DNA of 63,974 nucleotides, counting the filler, from Candidatus Methanoxibalbensis ujae (GTDB taxonomy: Archaea > Halobacteriota > Syntropharchaeia > Alkanophagales > Methanospirareceae): the NCBI GenBank assembly GCA_026134085.1. It is 10 parts of 10 records of this genome, joined end to end, with 100 filler letters (N's around TTAATTAATTAA, not from the genome) between each part and the next. Parts side by side here need not be neighbours in the genome. Positions count along the whole stretch, not along the records: positions 28,655 to 34,747 come from JAOQIN010000065.1; positions 34,848 to 40,884 come from JAOQIN010000066.1; 8 more parts are not named here. One strand, given 5' to 3'. Under the pieces are notes generated by a model. It ran no database searches, was not told where the DNA came from, and saw only the letters and a list, made by a program, of their open reading frames with translations. This document shows, one piece after another, positions 29,180-40,416 of the stretch; positions within the stretch are counted from its first letter, which is position 1; every line of letters starts with the position of its first letter. The position numbers were made by a program, and so were the translations under genes.

Positions 29180-32100
29180 ATGCGAGAAGGTCATGGGAGC
29201 GGCGGTGAGAGGAAGGAGTTGATTTTGCGTGTTGCGGATGCGCCCCGTAAGTATGCGAACATGGGAATTGCTATACTGAGCAGGGAGACCATGCGAGAGC
29301 TCGGTGTTGAGAGTGGTGATGTCATAGAGATAGAGGGCAAAAAAACTGCTACTGCAGTTGTGTGGCCTATTGCGGGAGGAGATCCCTCTGTCATTCGTAT
29401 AGATGGAAACATACGCAGGAATGCTGGGGTTGCGATAGATGATCGTGTCAAAGTCAGAAAAACAACTGCGAAAGAGGCGAGGAGAGTTGTGCTTCAGCCA
29501 ACACAGCCTGTGAGAATAGCTGGCGGCGAGAGATATCTTGCGAGGATATTGAGGAGAAGACCTCTGACGAAGGGTCAGATCATAAGGATAGACATGCTGG
29601 GCAGCCCTATTGCGTTTGAAGTCGTGAACACAGTGCCTTCAGGAACGGTGATACCGACATTGGAGACTGAGATTGTTTTGAGAGAGGCGAGAGAGGGTGC
29701 TGAGATACCGCGCATAACATACGAGGATATAGGCGGTCTGAAGAAGGAGATTCAGCTGATAAGGGAGATGATTGAGCTTCCTTTAAGGCATCCTGAGCTT
29801 TTTGAGCGTCTCGGCATAGAACCTCCAAAAGGTGTGCTGCTTCACGGTCCTCCAGGCACCGGAAAGACGCTGATCGCGAAAGCAGTTGCGAATGAGACTG
29901 CCGCAAACTTCTATTCAATCTCAGGTCCCGAGATAATGAGCAAATATTACGGTGAGAGCGAGCGTCAGCTTAGAGAGATATTTGAAGAGGCGAGGAAGAG
30001 CGCACCTTCCATCATCTTCATAGATGAGATAGATTCAATAGCACCCAAGCGAGAGGAGACGCATGGAGAGGTTGAACGCAGGGTGGTTGCGCAGCTTCTC
30101 GCGCTTATGGATGGATTGGAGGCTCGTGGTCAGGTTGTTGTGATAGGAGCAACAAACAGAGTGAATGCGCTTGACCCTGCACTGCGGCGCCCAGGTCGTT
30201 TTGATCGTGAGATAGAAATAGGCATTCCTGACAGGGATGGAAGGGAGGAGATACTGCAGGTTCACACAAGGGGAATGCCTCTCGCTCCAGATGTTGACCT
30301 GAAAGAAATCGCCGACCTCACGCACGGTTTCGTTGGCGCTGACCTCGCAGCACTCTGTAAGGAGGCGGCTATGCACGCCCTTCGCAGAATTCTGCCGGAA
30401 ATAGATATTGAGGCGGAGGAGATACCGTCCGAGGTCATGGAGAAGCTTGAAGTGCGCAGAGAGGACTTCATGGAGGCACTGAAAAACATAGAGCCATCAG
30501 CACTGCGTGAGGTTTTCGTTGAGGTTCCTGATGTGAAATGGGATGACATCGGAGACCTGGATAATGTAAAGCGTGAACTGCAGGAGATCGTTGAGTGGCC
30601 TATGAAGTTCCCGGAGATTTTCAGAAGGCTGGACACAAAACCTCCCAAGGGAATACTTCTCTTCGGACCTCCGGGAACAGGAAAAACTATGCTTGCAAAA
30701 GCGGTTGCCAATGAAAGTGAATCAAACTTCATATCTATAAAAGGACCCGAAATAATGTCAAAATGGGTGGGAGAGTCCTTACCATATGATGAGAAGGTTT
30801 TTGTGAGAGAAAATGGGAAAATCAAGCGCATTCCCATAGGAGAAATTGTTGAAAATGAGAAGGATGTTGAGGTAATAAGCTTTGATGATGAGGGAAAAGT
30901 GGAATTCACACCGATAAGTGCACATATTCCTCACTTGAGAACAGGGGCAATAAAGGAAATACGCACGGCAACAGGCAGAAAAATAAGGGTGACTGAGGAT
31001 CACTCGCTTTTCACATTTGACGGCTCTGAGATAAGAAGTGTCAATGTCGGCACATTGAAAAAAGGAGATTACATCGTCATACCGAGAAGAATACCATCAC
31101 TGGCAGAGGAACATGTGGAGGTGGATCTGCTCGAGGCATTAAAGGATGAAGATTGCGTGTATGTGAGAGGGTGCGGAGAATGCGTCCCGCCATATCTCAA
31201 GCCATTCGAGCCATATCCCGAGCCATATCCCGAGCCATATCCCGAGCCATTCAAGCCCTATTTCAAAGTGAAGGCACGTGATTTTTTGAATTTGATGAGG
31301 ATCTCTGCGATAAAATATGAGAAGAACAGACTGATGCTTTCGCTTGCAGGCGGAGAAGACATGCTGCCCGCGGTTTTGCGCGTGGACGAAGACCTCTGCA
31401 TGATTCTCGGTCTCTGGATGGCTGGAGGGGACTACTGCGCTGATGGTGTGCGAATAATGACAGATTCCGGTGAGATCCTGCGTGCTGCTGAGGATGCATG
31501 CAAGAGGCTTTCGCTCAGTGTCTCGGTGGACAGGGGATGCCTGACGATAAATTCAAAGCTTTTCAGGCTTTTCATGGAAAAAGCGCTCGGAATGAAGGCA
31601 AAAGACTCTGAGAGGAGCGTTCCTGATATCATCTGGTCGCTTGGAGAGAGGGAGAAAGCGGCATTCCTCAGAGGATATTTCAGCTGTGAGGGCTATGTTC
31701 GCTGCAACTCGCATCGCTGTCTTGTAGGATGCTCCGTCAGAAGCGAGGAACTCGCGGATGATCTCATGTATCTGCTTCTTGAATTCGGCATTGTTGCGAG
31801 TGTACGCGAGAGAGGTGATTACATCATAGAGCTGATGGGTGCCGAGAATCTGAAGCGGTTCTCAGCAATTGGATTCATTGATGAATGCCGAAACAGGAAT
31901 GTAAAATCGGAGAGTGAGAGGTCAAATGAGGAGAGTGAAAGCGATCGCATACCACTGATCGGCGCGCTGCGAGAACTTGTTGCAGATGTGCGAGGAGAGT
32001 TTGAAGAGGAAACCATAAGCAGGGATATGCTGCGCGAAATATTGGAGGAAATTGACCCCGATAGAGAGAAATATTACTGGTGTCTGGTTGAAGGCGACAT

Positions 32101-32839
32101 ATGTTTTGACAGAGTTGTGTCTGTGAGAGATGTGCGCTATGACCACAAATATGTATATGACATCTCAGTTGAACCTACCGAGAGCTTTCTTGCTGGATTT
32201 GGAGGGATATTCGCTCACAACAGCGAGCGTGCTGTCAGGGAAGTTTTCAGGAAGGCGAGGCAGGCGGCACCTTGCGTGGTTTTCCTGGATGAGGTAGATT
32301 CCATTGCGCCTGCGCGGGGTGCTGGCTATGACACGCATGTGACTGAGAGAGTTGTATCGCAGCTGCTGACTGAGCTGGACGGTATCGAAGAGCTGAAGGA
32401 TGTTGTTGTTATCGCGGCGACAAACCGTCCTGACATCGTTGACCCTGCTTTGCTTCGCCCAGGTCGCTTTGACAGGCTGATATATGTGAAGCCGCCTGAT
32501 AAGGAAGCTCGTAAGAAAATATTTGAGGTGCATCTCAGAGGAAAACCGCTTGCAAAAGATGTGAGTATTGACGAACTCGCGACAAAAACAGAGGGATATG
32601 TGGGTGCTGATATAGCAGCACTTGTGAGAGAAGCTGTGATGGCTGCAATCCGTGAGTTCTTCGCATCCTTCCCGCCCGGCACAGACAGAGAGCACATGAA
32701 AGAAGCAGCAAAGAACATAATGATAGGTAAAAAACACTTTGATGAGGCTTTCAAAAAGGTAAAACCGAGCGCATCGCCTAAGACGCTCGCGGAATTTGAA
32801 GAGAAATCTCAGAACATGCTCAAGCATGCTTATATCTGA
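29180..32839 (+). CDS. cdc48: Cdc48/VAT AAA+ ATPase containing an intein
   Basis: N-domain plus two AAA modules (GPPGTGKT twice, FIDEIDS/FLDEVDS, RPGRFDR twice); 482-aa insertion in D2. Confidence 0.96.
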   Translation: MREGHGSGGERKELILRVADAPRKYANMGIAILSRETMRELGVESGDVIEIEGKKTATAVVWPIAGGDPSVIRIDGNIRRNAGVAIDDRVKVRKTTAKEARRVVLQPTQPVRIAGGERYLARILRRRPLTKGQIIRIDMLGSPIAFEVVNTVPSGTVIPTLETEIVLREAREGAEIPRITYEDIGGLKKEIQLIREMIELPLRHPELFERLGIEPPKGVLLHGPPGTGKTLIAKAVANETAANFYSISGPEIMSKYYGESERQLREIFEEARKSAPSIIFIDEIDSIAPKREETHGEVERRVVAQLLALMDGLEARGQVVVIGATNRVNALDPALRRPGRFDREIEIGIPDRDGREEILQVHTRGMPLAPDVDLKEIADLTHGFVGADLAALCKEAAMHALRRILPEIDIEAEEIPSEVMEKLEVRREDFMEALKNIEPSALREVFVEVPDVKWDDIGDLDNVKRELQEIVEWPMKFPEIFRRLDTKPPKGILLFGPPGTGKTMLAKAVANESESNFISIKGPEIMSKWVGESLPYDEKVFVRENGKIKRIPIGEIVENEKDVEVISFDDEGKVEFTPISAHIPHLRTGAIKEIRTATGRKIRVTEDHSLFTFDGSEIRSVNVGTLKKGDYIVIPRRIPSLAEEHVEVDLLEALKDEDCVYVRGCGECVPPYLKPFEPYPEPYPEPYPEPFKPYFKVKARDFLNLMRISAIKYEKNRLMLSLAGGEDMLPAVLRVDEDLCMILGLWMAGGDYCADGVRIMTDSGEILRAAEDACKRLSLSVSVDRGCLTINSKLFRLFMEKALGMKAKDSERSVPDIIWSLGEREKAAFLRGYFSCEGYVRCNSHRCLVGCSVRSEELADDLMYLLLEFGIVASVRERGDYIIELMGAENLKRFSAIGFIDECRNRNVKSESERSNEESESDRIPLIGALRELVADVRGEFEEETISRDMLREILEEIDPDREKYYWCLVEGDICFDRVVSVRDVRYDHKYVYDISVEPTESFLAGFGGIFAHNSERAVREVFRKARQAAPCVVFLDEVDSIAPARGAGYDTHVTERVVSQLLTELDGIEELKDVVVIAATNRPDIVDPALLRPGRFDRLIYVKPPDKEARKKIFEVHLRGKPLAKDVSIDELATKTEGYVGADIAALVREAVMAAIREFFASFPPGTDREHMKEAAKNIMIGKKHFDEAFKKVKPSASPKTLAEFEEKSQNMLKHAYI
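30776..32221 (+). mobile_element. intein with a LAGLIDADG-type homing endonuclease domain
   Basis: Removing it restores SKWVGE|SERAVRE; begins SLPYDE; block B VTEDHSLF; block F YVYDISV; ends FAHN followed by Ser. Confidence 0.93.
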
Positions 32840-33961
32840 GCTTCATTGTGTTTTTATTTATTTTTTCTATTTCTATTTCTATTTTTATTTATTGAATTGC
32901 TTATTATCTATTTTTATTTTTAGATTCCTTACAAAAATAAAATAATTCACCGTATTCCCTGAGAGAGGAGATTTCCAGAAATGCAGCTCTCACAGAGGAG
33001 ATTTCAGAAGCACCAGAAGGAGCACATGAATGGTGGCTCAAACCCCCTCTCCTGTCACACAAGTTTTGTTTGCTCTTGTCCATTTCTGTGCGTCTCATAA
33101 CTGTCATGTGAGTGTCATGTGACAGTCAGAGAGCAATGATGAGGATGTGAGGATGAGATGTGTATGGACAGATACAAGCATTATGCACAAATTTATATAT
33201 ACATTATACATGCACAGATATGTGTATAAAAAATTTTTCAAAGTTTTCAAAGTTTGTGAAGGGAGACAAAAAAATCTGAAAGAATAGTTTAGCTTTTAAA
33301 GCCCGATATATATCCAAATGCCACCAGCACATGAGACATCGGAACCCCTGAATGTTATGTTTGTGCTGATAGCATATAAAATCTTACCATTCCCACTGAC
33401 TTGAGTTCTTTGAGTGCTGGTGGCAGGAGGATGGGGGGTGTTTGGGGGTTCCACCTCCCTCCGAAACTCCAATTTGATTATTCATGGAGCACACTTGAGT
33501 AATTGTGGATATGTCAGATTCAAGTGTCCAAAGAGATGTTCACGATTTAAGGACTATGCACTCTCAGCTCTTAAATGGTTCACGAATCAGGCTGATTATT
33601 TTGATAATTATTATTTTACTTTATTATATTACTTTATGTTTATTTATGCATGAAAGTGAGTGGAGAATGGAAAAAAGAGAGCTTGAATAGGAGGAAATGT
33701 TTGATTTGATGAAAATTACGGATATTGCGGCTGTTTCTTCAGTGTTCAGGCTTGATAAGACCGTGATGGATTCTTTACTATTCTTTACTTCACAGCGTTT
33801 AGCCATCACAGCGTTTAGCCACGATCACCTCACCCCCATCTCAGAAACCCGCGTTTTCAGCAATTTTTCTCTGGTTGCCTCTGAGATAAAATTAAAAGGA
33901 GACTGGTTGTCTCTGAAGCAAAATGAGAAGGAGAGCAGTGAGAGCCGTCTGTCTGTGAAAA

Positions 33962-34495
33962 TCAGGATTTCACTTCTGATTCCATGTAGGTGTCTGTAAC
34001 AACATCAAATTTTACTTTTTCCATCCAGTTCTCGCGCTCAAATATGTTCATGAAGCATATACCGATTATTTTTGGCTTTTTTTCCTCACCTTCTGCCGAT
34101 GCGGATGAGGCGCTGGCGTCGTATCCTGATATTTCCCTTATCATGTCCAGAACTGTTTCAGGAGGAACTCCGAATTTCGGCATTGCAAGTCCGCCGAGTA
34201 TCACGATCGCATCAGGATTTGAAGGGTCCCCCTTCTCATCCACAACAGAAAATCCTATGTTTTCTATCTCCTTTATCTTGCGGGCTTCCTTCGCATCCGC
34301 CTTCGGCACATACAGCATCTCATATCTCCTGTCACGAACTGTGTATGCAAGAAGCTCTATGAATGGCGTGCATACTGCCACAGAACCTGTAAAAACAACC
34401 TTCGCACCTTCAGGCACATCCGCCATGACTTCTCTGAATGTAGAGGTGAACCCCACAATCCCTGTTTTCTTTTCGGAAGCCATCTCAATCACCAC
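33962..34495 (-). CDS. DUF2124 family protein
   Basis: VVFTGSVAVCTPFIELLAY, VILGGLAMPK and IIGICFMNIF motifs. Confidence 0.8.
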   Translation of the reverse strand: MVIEMASEKKTGIVGFTSTFREVMADVPEGAKVVFTGSVAVCTPFIELLAYTVRDRRYEMLYVPKADAKEARKIKEIENIGFSVVDEKGDPSNPDAIVILGGLAMPKFGVPPETVLDMIREISGYDASASSASAEGEEKKPKIIGICFMNIFERENWMEKVKFDVVTDTYMESEVKS

Positions 34496-35004
34496 TTTTC
34501 CTATTGCATCCTCCTTTTATTATTTATCCTTCACTAATTTTTATTAATTTCATCTCAAACGCCCCAAGGAGCATGCGAGAGTGTTGAGTGGAAAGGTATT
34601 GAGGAAAGGTATTTAACTTTTGCCAGTGGAATGTTAGGGTTTCTGGCGATGATTTCAGGCAGGATAGCTCTGAGGTCCTCTGGGTTATTGTGTAAACAAG
34701 CCATTGCCGGAGCCGTGATGAAGGCATAAAGCTCCCAAGGTGGGTGTNNNNNNNNNNNNNNNNNNNNNNNNNNNNNNNNNNNNNNNNNNNNTTAATTAAT
34801 TAANNNNNNNNNNNNNNNNNNNNNNNNNNNNNNNNNNNNNNNNNNNNTGAGGTCCTCTGGGTTATTGTGTAAACAAGCCATTGCCGGAGCCGTGATGAAG
34901 GCATAAAGCTCCCAAGGTGGGTGTAGTAAGAGCACGCTTGCTCAGCGATCGGAGCGGTGACTGCTCATGAGAGCATGCTCAAAAATACATCACTCAAAAA
35001 TACA

Positions 35005-36624
35005 TCACACAAATTTGAACACTTCCGGGAGTTCACCGACGATTTCTCTGAATGATTGTGGCCAGTTTTCAGTGTCAAGACCCTTCTGAGCGAGGAAAAC
35101 TGCCGCCCATCTCTCAAGACCGACGCCTGAGCAACCTGACCATAGTTCTCTGCCGCTGCGCAGTTTGACACTGAAACCTCTGGGATATTTATCTCCGTTC
35201 ACGCTCACATTCTGGAATTCAAGCCACTTACCGCTGTATGGCAGCAGTGCTTCATAATCAACTGTGCCCACTTCCCTATCGGATGCGACACCTGCTCTGC
35301 CCTCCTGAGCCATGAACCATGGAGTGACCTTTGCTTCTCTCCATTCAATATCAAGAATTTTTTCAAATATGAAGCGATATCTCTCTCTGAGTGCGGCTGC
35401 ATGAGATATGACCTGCTCCTTCGTGCCTATAAAAACGAGTTCAACGCGATGAAACTCGTCAACGCGCTCTATCCCGTGAATTCCACCGCTCTCATAACGA
35501 TGAGATGTGCCCGAGCGGTCAAAAACGCATATGGGAAGGCAGTCATCGTCTATTGTTTTTCCTCGCAGGAAAATCCAGAAAGGAGGGCACTGCGCGTAGC
35601 ACAGACCTCCTATGTTCTCTATGCGCTCCATGATCCTGTCTGTTGGGACCTCGCCTGTAATTTTGAAATAATCAGCGATGTCTTCCCAGTATTCAGGATC
35701 TCTCGTCTTGGGCACGCACACATAGTAGGCTTCAGGATATATGGCACGGGCATGCCCCGAGTGCTTCCAGACATCCCATGTGACGACCTTCGGGAAAATC
35801 ATCTCATGATATCCAAGAGGCTTGCACACATGCTCCATCAGAATTCTCTCAAACGCCCTGAATATGCGTGTTATCTGAGGACCGTATATCCACTGACCAC
35901 GGGATGCGCCATGCACAATCCAGCATCTCCGTATCATCTCCTCCGCGGGGTCCCTGTCAAAAAGGATCTCCTTCCTCTCGCTTTCAAAGAGGAGCTCCCA
36001 GTGCTCCTTCTTCCCTCCCCACCTCGCCATCTCACGCTTCTCATAAAGCAGACGCAGAATCCTGTCGGGAATCCTGCGCTCAATCTCACGCTCGCTCAGC
36101 TCAAGTGAGAGCCTGAGCTTTCCATCTGAAAGTGACAGATTTTTCACAAATGGCAATGATTTCACACGCACCTCATCACGCCAATCCATTTCTATCTCAT
36201 ATGTGCGCACATCAATCCCTCGCAGACCTATGCGATATCTGCCGAGAACGCCCGCCAAATTCCTCCTGAACCTCAAAAGCGCGTCATGCGCACGGACATA
36301 CCTGTCTGAATGTATCTCAACCTCTATCGCATTCGCTCCTGGGATCACATCAGATGCCTTCTCCGCCTCATCAGCATTCTCCGCCTCATCAACATTCTCC
36401 GCCTCATCAGCACGCTCAGCTTCATTCAGGACACGAAATCGCACGATCTCCGCACCTCTGCCGCTTTCCGGCACACCCTTCTTGAGCAGTGTCTGATTAC
36501 ATGCGCGCACGAAATCTCGCAGTGCATTCAATGCATCTTCGCCGAGCTCGCCGCTTAATTTCAAAACTGCCACGAGCCTGAAATTGATATGTTCCACATC
36601 TTCAACAGCATTCATGGCTCCCAT
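35005..36624 (-). CDS. serS: serine--tRNA ligase, methanogen type (type 2)
   Basis: YAQCPPFW, RYESGGIHGIERVDEFHRVE, LEFQN, SGCSGVGLERW; zinc-ligand Cys/Glu/Cys pattern. Confidence 0.93.
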   Translation of the reverse strand: MGAMNAVEDVEHINFRLVAVLKLSGELGEDALNALRDFVRACNQTLLKKGVPESGRGAEIVRFRVLNEAERADEAENVDEAENADEAEKASDVIPGANAIEVEIHSDRYVRAHDALLRFRRNLAGVLGRYRIGLRGIDVRTYEIEMDWRDEVRVKSLPFVKNLSLSDGKLRLSLELSEREIERRIPDRILRLLYEKREMARWGGKKEHWELLFESERKEILFDRDPAEEMIRRCWIVHGASRGQWIYGPQITRIFRAFERILMEHVCKPLGYHEMIFPKVVTWDVWKHSGHARAIYPEAYYVCVPKTRDPEYWEDIADYFKITGEVPTDRIMERIENIGGLCYAQCPPFWIFLRGKTIDDDCLPICVFDRSGTSHRYESGGIHGIERVDEFHRVELVFIGTKEQVISHAAALRERYRFIFEKILDIEWREAKVTPWFMAQEGRAGVASDREVGTVDYEALLPYSGKWLEFQNVSVNGDKYPRGFSVKLRSGRELWSGCSGVGLERWAAVFLAQKGLDTENWPQSFREIVGELPEVFKFV

Positions 36625-36646
36625 ATCACCCTCTTATCTCACCCTC

Positions 36647-37231
36647 TTATCTCTCATCACATATGCGCCTGAACGCGCTGATGACAAAATTCATCGCATC
36701 TTTCTCCCTGCGACCTCCGCATTTGTCCACAATCCTTTTATAATGCTCCATCATTTTTACAGATTTCTCCGTGTTTTTGGCTCTCGTCGCAAGTATAGCC
36801 GCCTCAATCACAGCGTTGAATCCTCTGTTCACCGCCATCACCCTTTTTCTGTTGGCATGCATTGCTATGGGCTCCAGGTTGAACACGAAGAAGTTCGCCG
36901 CTCTCTCCCTCATATGACATCTGAAAAGTATCCACGCATCCGCATCTTTTAGCACGGGAAATCCCCTGAAGTGTGTGAATTTCTCATCATCAATGTCGCC
37001 GAGCGCGGTTATTGCAAAAATCATCGCATCAGCGCATATGTTTGCGGCAATCTTCATTGTCTCAAGGACATTGGATAGCGTTCTTGATTTATACAACCTT
37101 ATGAGGAGCTCTCCACGATTTATTATGCCAACAGGTGCTGCATTTGGTTTTCCTGATGAAGATTGTGTCGTTGCAATTACCTCTGAGATGCCATCTCCTA
37201 TTCCGTATGAGCTCAGATCTTCGGGAGTCAT
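36647..37231 (-). CDS. DUF447 family protein (flavin-binding split barrel)
   Basis: ISEVIATT...PNAAPVGI, SRTLSN, NRGFNAVIEAAILATR. Confidence 0.85.
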   Translation of the reverse strand: MTPEDLSSYGIGDGISEVIATTQSSSGKPNAAPVGIINRGELLIRLYKSRTLSNVLETMKIAANICADAMIFAITALGDIDDEKFTHFRGFPVLKDADAWILFRCHMRERAANFFVFNLEPIAMHANRKRVMAVNRGFNAVIEAAILATRAKNTEKSVKMMEHYKRIVDKCGGRREKDAMNFVISAFRRICDER

Positions 37232-37238
37232 CTCCGAG

Positions 37239-38503
37239 GTCAACTACCACAGTCTGAAGACGGTGGCTTGTGGGTGATCTCATGCAAGCAATCATCGACC
37301 CCCACATCAGGGCTGTTGACGAAGCCCCAACCCCGCCGAACCAGTTCAGCAAGGTTAAAGGAGGCAGGGTTAAAGGAGGCAAGGTTAAAGGAGGCAGGGT
37401 TAAAGGAGGCAACATAGTCAGCGTTATGTTGATAGCCACAAACAAATCTTCGCCTTTTGTTGATAGTTCCACAACGAGGACATCTCCGAGAAGTGTGTTT
37501 GGGTTCATCATAGACGACTGCCTTCTCGCATTTATATTCAACCATCTGTTGCAATCTGTTAAAAGCCCAGCTATGGAATGTTGCTCTTTGGCTTTTACGA
37601 TGCCTACATCCGCTCCCAATGCCATTCAGCTTCTCCATCACGACAGTATCTCCTTCCTGCAAGCTGTTCACCCTGCTTACCTGATGCAGTACTGTATTGA
37701 CCCAGCGATGCTCCCTCCCGCTAAGCTGTTTAAGCCTTCTCTTTGCGGAGAAGGTGCCCTTTTGCTGAAGGGAGCTTCCAAGCTTTCTGAAGTGTTGCCT
37801 CCTATGCTCTGGTTTACCATTAACAGAAAAGCCATTGGAAGCTACCAAGAGCTTGTTAGTTCCTATGTCGACACCCACGAGATTATTGCCTTTTGGCTCA
37901 GGAACTTTGACCAATGCGGTGATGTGCAGGTAGAATTCCCTGCTATCGCTCCTGTAAACAGGCTTTGCATCCCTTACAGGGTTTTTGAGCAGTTCTCGCT
38001 GATAATCACCAGTAGCAAGTTTGGGCTCAACTCCTCCTTCAATGGTGCTAATAGATGCCCTGAATTTTCCATTCCTGAGAAGTGTAAAAAACCGTTTATC
38101 CAAATCCATCGAAAGTTGTCTGAACCTGTGTTGCTCTTTCCTATATGTGTAGGACTCGGCAACTCCATCCCCTGCTCTTATCGCAATCGCAAGATTAGCG
38201 GGAAGCTTGAATCTTTCACGGGTTTCGTAGTAAACAAGATGATGCAGGGCTACAGGATTGTAAACTCTGTTATCCCAAGCCACTTCGCTTATGTAGTTGC
38301 AAGCATCTCCAAAAGCTTTAGTATCCATAAGCTTTCTGAATTCTTCTTCAAGTGTCGCAAGCTTGCACACCACTGTCTTGGTAACTTCCATCAACCTGGT
38401 AACTTCCATCAATATTCATACATGCCTTTAAGATTTAAAAACCCAACGGAGGTGAGAAGGGCGACATTCCTCCACAATTAAAATCGGTGATCTCCTGCCG
38501 CCA
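37239..38503 (-). mobile_element. IS200/IS605-family tnpB-only (IS1341-like) element
   Basis: Left-end hairpin GGCGGCAGGAG...GGAATGTCGCC; right end AAGCCACCGTCTTCAGACTGTGGTAGTTGAC; no tnpA. Confidence 0.75.
37240..38412 (-). CDS. tnpB: RNA-guided endonuclease TnpB, apparently eroding
   Basis: RuvC motifs VGVDIG, VVMEKL, NAD; zinc finger partly deleted; 15-nt x4 tandem expansion (ASFNP/ASFNL) at the C-terminus. Confidence 0.85.
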   Translation of the reverse strand: MMEVTRLMEVTKTVVCKLATLEEEFRKLMDTKAFGDACNYISEVAWDNRVYNPVALHHLVYYETRERFKLPANLAIAIRAGDGVAESYTYRKEQHRFRQLSMDLDKRFFTLLRNGKFRASISTIEGGVEPKLATGDYQRELLKNPVRDAKPVYRSDSREFYLHITALVKVPEPKGNNLVGVDIGTNKLLVASNGFSVNGKPEHRRQHFRKLGSSLQQKGTFSAKRRLKQLSGREHRWVNTVLHQVSRVNSLQEGDTVVMEKLNGIGSGCRHRKSQRATFHSWAFNRLQQMVEYKCEKAVVYDEPKHTSRRCPRCGTINKRRRFVCGYQHNADYVASFNPASFNLASFNPASFNLAELVRRGWGFVNSPDVGVDDCLHEITHKPPSSDCGS

Positions 38504-38575
38504 AGGCTTATGAACAATGAAACGATGAAATAAAGATGAAAAGATGAATGATGAATCACGAGAGTGTGAGCGAAT

Positions 38576-39862
38576 TCATCTGATGAGATTGTTCACAAAT
38601 TCCTCAGGATTGAAGGGCATGAGATCATCGTATTTCTGACCTGTTCCAAGGAACAAAACGGGTTTGGAAGTGATGTAGGCGATGGAGATTGCCGCACCTC
38701 CCTTGACATCCATATCAGTTTTTGTGAGCACGGATGCGTCAATACCGACATATTCATTGAATCTGCGCGCTCTTTCCACTGCATCATTTCCAGCAATAGC
38801 CTCATCAACGAATATCACGAGGTCAGGCTTCGTCACTCTACATATTTTTCTTAGCTGTTCCATCAGGTTCACATTCGTGTGCATCCTTCCAGCGGTGTCT
38901 GCGAGCACAACATCCTTTTTGTGCGCTTCTGCATATTTTATCGCATCATAGACGACTGCTGCGGGATCGGCACCGTATTTGTGTTTTATCACTCTCACGC
39001 CGAGAGCTGCCGCATGCTTCTCCAACTGCTCAACCGCACCTGTCCTGTATGTGTCCGCGGATGCGAGGACAACGGAAAAACCTCTTTCCATAAGGAAATG
39101 CGCAAATTTCGCAATTGTGGTCGTCTTTCCAGTGCCGTTCACGCCGACAAACACAATCTTAACCGGTTTCTCATGCGTGCGAATGAAGTAAACAATGTCA
39201 AAACTATCCGGAAACACGCTCAATAACGCATCTTTCAGCGCATTTGATACGATTGCTGACACATCTTCATTCGCTCCATGCTTCCTACCTGTCAGATTCT
39301 GCCTCACATTTGATATTATCTTCTCAGCAACAGGAAGTGCCACATCACTCCCAAGAAGTTCCTCCTCAAACTCCTCAAGAATGCCATCCAGCTTCCGCTC
39401 GTCCAGAACGATCTCACGGCGGAATATCGCCCTCAGGCGTGCGCCTATCTTCTTTTCTCTCTTCTCTTCCCGCTTCTTCTCCTCGCGTTCAACGACATGC
39501 GAGATCTCCGCTCTCTCAGTCACAGCCTCCCCGGCTGATCCTGTATGTGCGATCTCTGACTCCGGTATGACCTCTGACTCCGTTGCTGATCCCGATGGAA
39601 CTGCTGAAACCCGCCGCTCTATCGCCTCAACGGCTTCTTTCTCAGCTGCTCCGATGTGCTCCTCAACGACAACTTCCTCCTCAGCTGCTGTTGCTGTTCC
39701 AGCGCCTCCTTCTTCGGTTCTCAGGGGCTCTGCGGCGTATGTCTCAGCATCTGTGACCTCTGAATGCTCCCGCGCTTCAGTGATCTCTTCACGCTTTTCC
39801 GATACGATCCCCTTCAGTTTTTCCTTCAGATTGCTCAGATTTTTCTTCAACCGTTCAAACAT
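38576..39862 (-). CDS. ftsY: signal recognition particle receptor FtsY
   Basis: Acidic N-terminus; GVNGTGKTTTIAK, DTAGR, TKTD, GTGQKYDDL. Confidence 0.96.
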   Translation of the reverse strand: MFERLKKNLSNLKEKLKGIVSEKREEITEAREHSEVTDAETYAAEPLRTEEGGAGTATAAEEEVVVEEHIGAAEKEAVEAIERRVSAVPSGSATESEVIPESEIAHTGSAGEAVTERAEISHVVEREEKKREEKREKKIGARLRAIFRREIVLDERKLDGILEEFEEELLGSDVALPVAEKIISNVRQNLTGRKHGANEDVSAIVSNALKDALLSVFPDSFDIVYFIRTHEKPVKIVFVGVNGTGKTTTIAKFAHFLMERGFSVVLASADTYRTGAVEQLEKHAAALGVRVIKHKYGADPAAVVYDAIKYAEAHKKDVVLADTAGRMHTNVNLMEQLRKICRVTKPDLVIFVDEAIAGNDAVERARRFNEYVGIDASVLTKTDMDVKGGAAISIAYITSKPVLFLGTGQKYDDLMPFNPEEFVNNLIR

Positions 39863-39888
39863 CTCTGCAGTCTATGGCACCTCCTCCC

Positions 39889-40416
39889 TCAAAATCCGCC
39901 ACCAAAAGCACCTCCTCCTGCACCACCTTCAGCTGCTGTTCCCACGCCAGCACCGCCGCCCGCGATCTCCTGCAGTCTTGCCTGTATCTTCTGCGCTTCC
40001 ATCTCTATGCGCTGAAGTATGTTGGTCATCTCCTGCTGCGACCGCTCAAGCTCTTCTCGCTTCTTCTCAAGATGCTTTATTGCAGATTCAGGATCCTTTT
40101 CAGCACTGATGCCTCCGCCGATCCTCACAATTATCCTGCTGATATCGCTCAACTTCGCATAAATATATGAGCCAGCACCTACAGGAACAAGCAGTTCATC
40201 ACCGTTCTCAAGGTCTCTCAGATATTTTATGGTCTCAATTGCACGATTATGCTCTTCAATCGCCTGATTCACGATGTTCAACTGCTGCAGTGTCCCCTCT
40301 GCCTGCGCCTGATATTGCCTGAGCCGCACGAGCAGAGACTGCACTTCCGCCTGACGCTCTGCTTGCACCCTTTCGGTTGCTCCACCTACCGCCATGCCTC
40401 CTCTCTCTTCTGCCAT
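39889..40416 (-). CDS. pfdA: prefoldin subunit alpha
   Basis: Coiled coils flanking ELLVPVGAGSYI...VRIGGGISAEK; canonical position upstream of ftsY. Confidence 0.92.
   Translation of the reverse strand: MAEERGGMAVGGATERVQAERQAEVQSLLVRLRQYQAQAEGTLQQLNIVNQAIEEHNRAIETIKYLRDLENGDELLVPVGAGSYIYAKLSDISRIIVRIGGGISAEKDPESAIKHLEKKREELERSQQEMTNILQRIEMEAQKIQARLQEIAGGGAGVGTAAEGGAGGGAFGGGF

Noticed and set aside
34671..34924. Exact 77-bp direct repeat on both sides of a linker (34671-34747 and 34848-34924)
   Set aside because: An exact 77-nt end overlap is what a k=77 de Bruijn assembly leaves; not evidence of a real duplication. The sequence may be part of a decayed IS605-type tail, but support is weak
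37350..37410. Four-copy 15-nt repeat at the tnpB 3' end as a possible mini-CRISPR array
   Set aside because: Units are head to tail with no spacers; it is a tandem expansion inside the ORF
37270..38481. 403-aa plus-strand ORF and other long antisense ORFs (39195-40109, 16790-17539, 44572-45333, 23472-24143)
   Set aside because: Shadows of well-supported genes on the opposite strand, with no recognisable motifs
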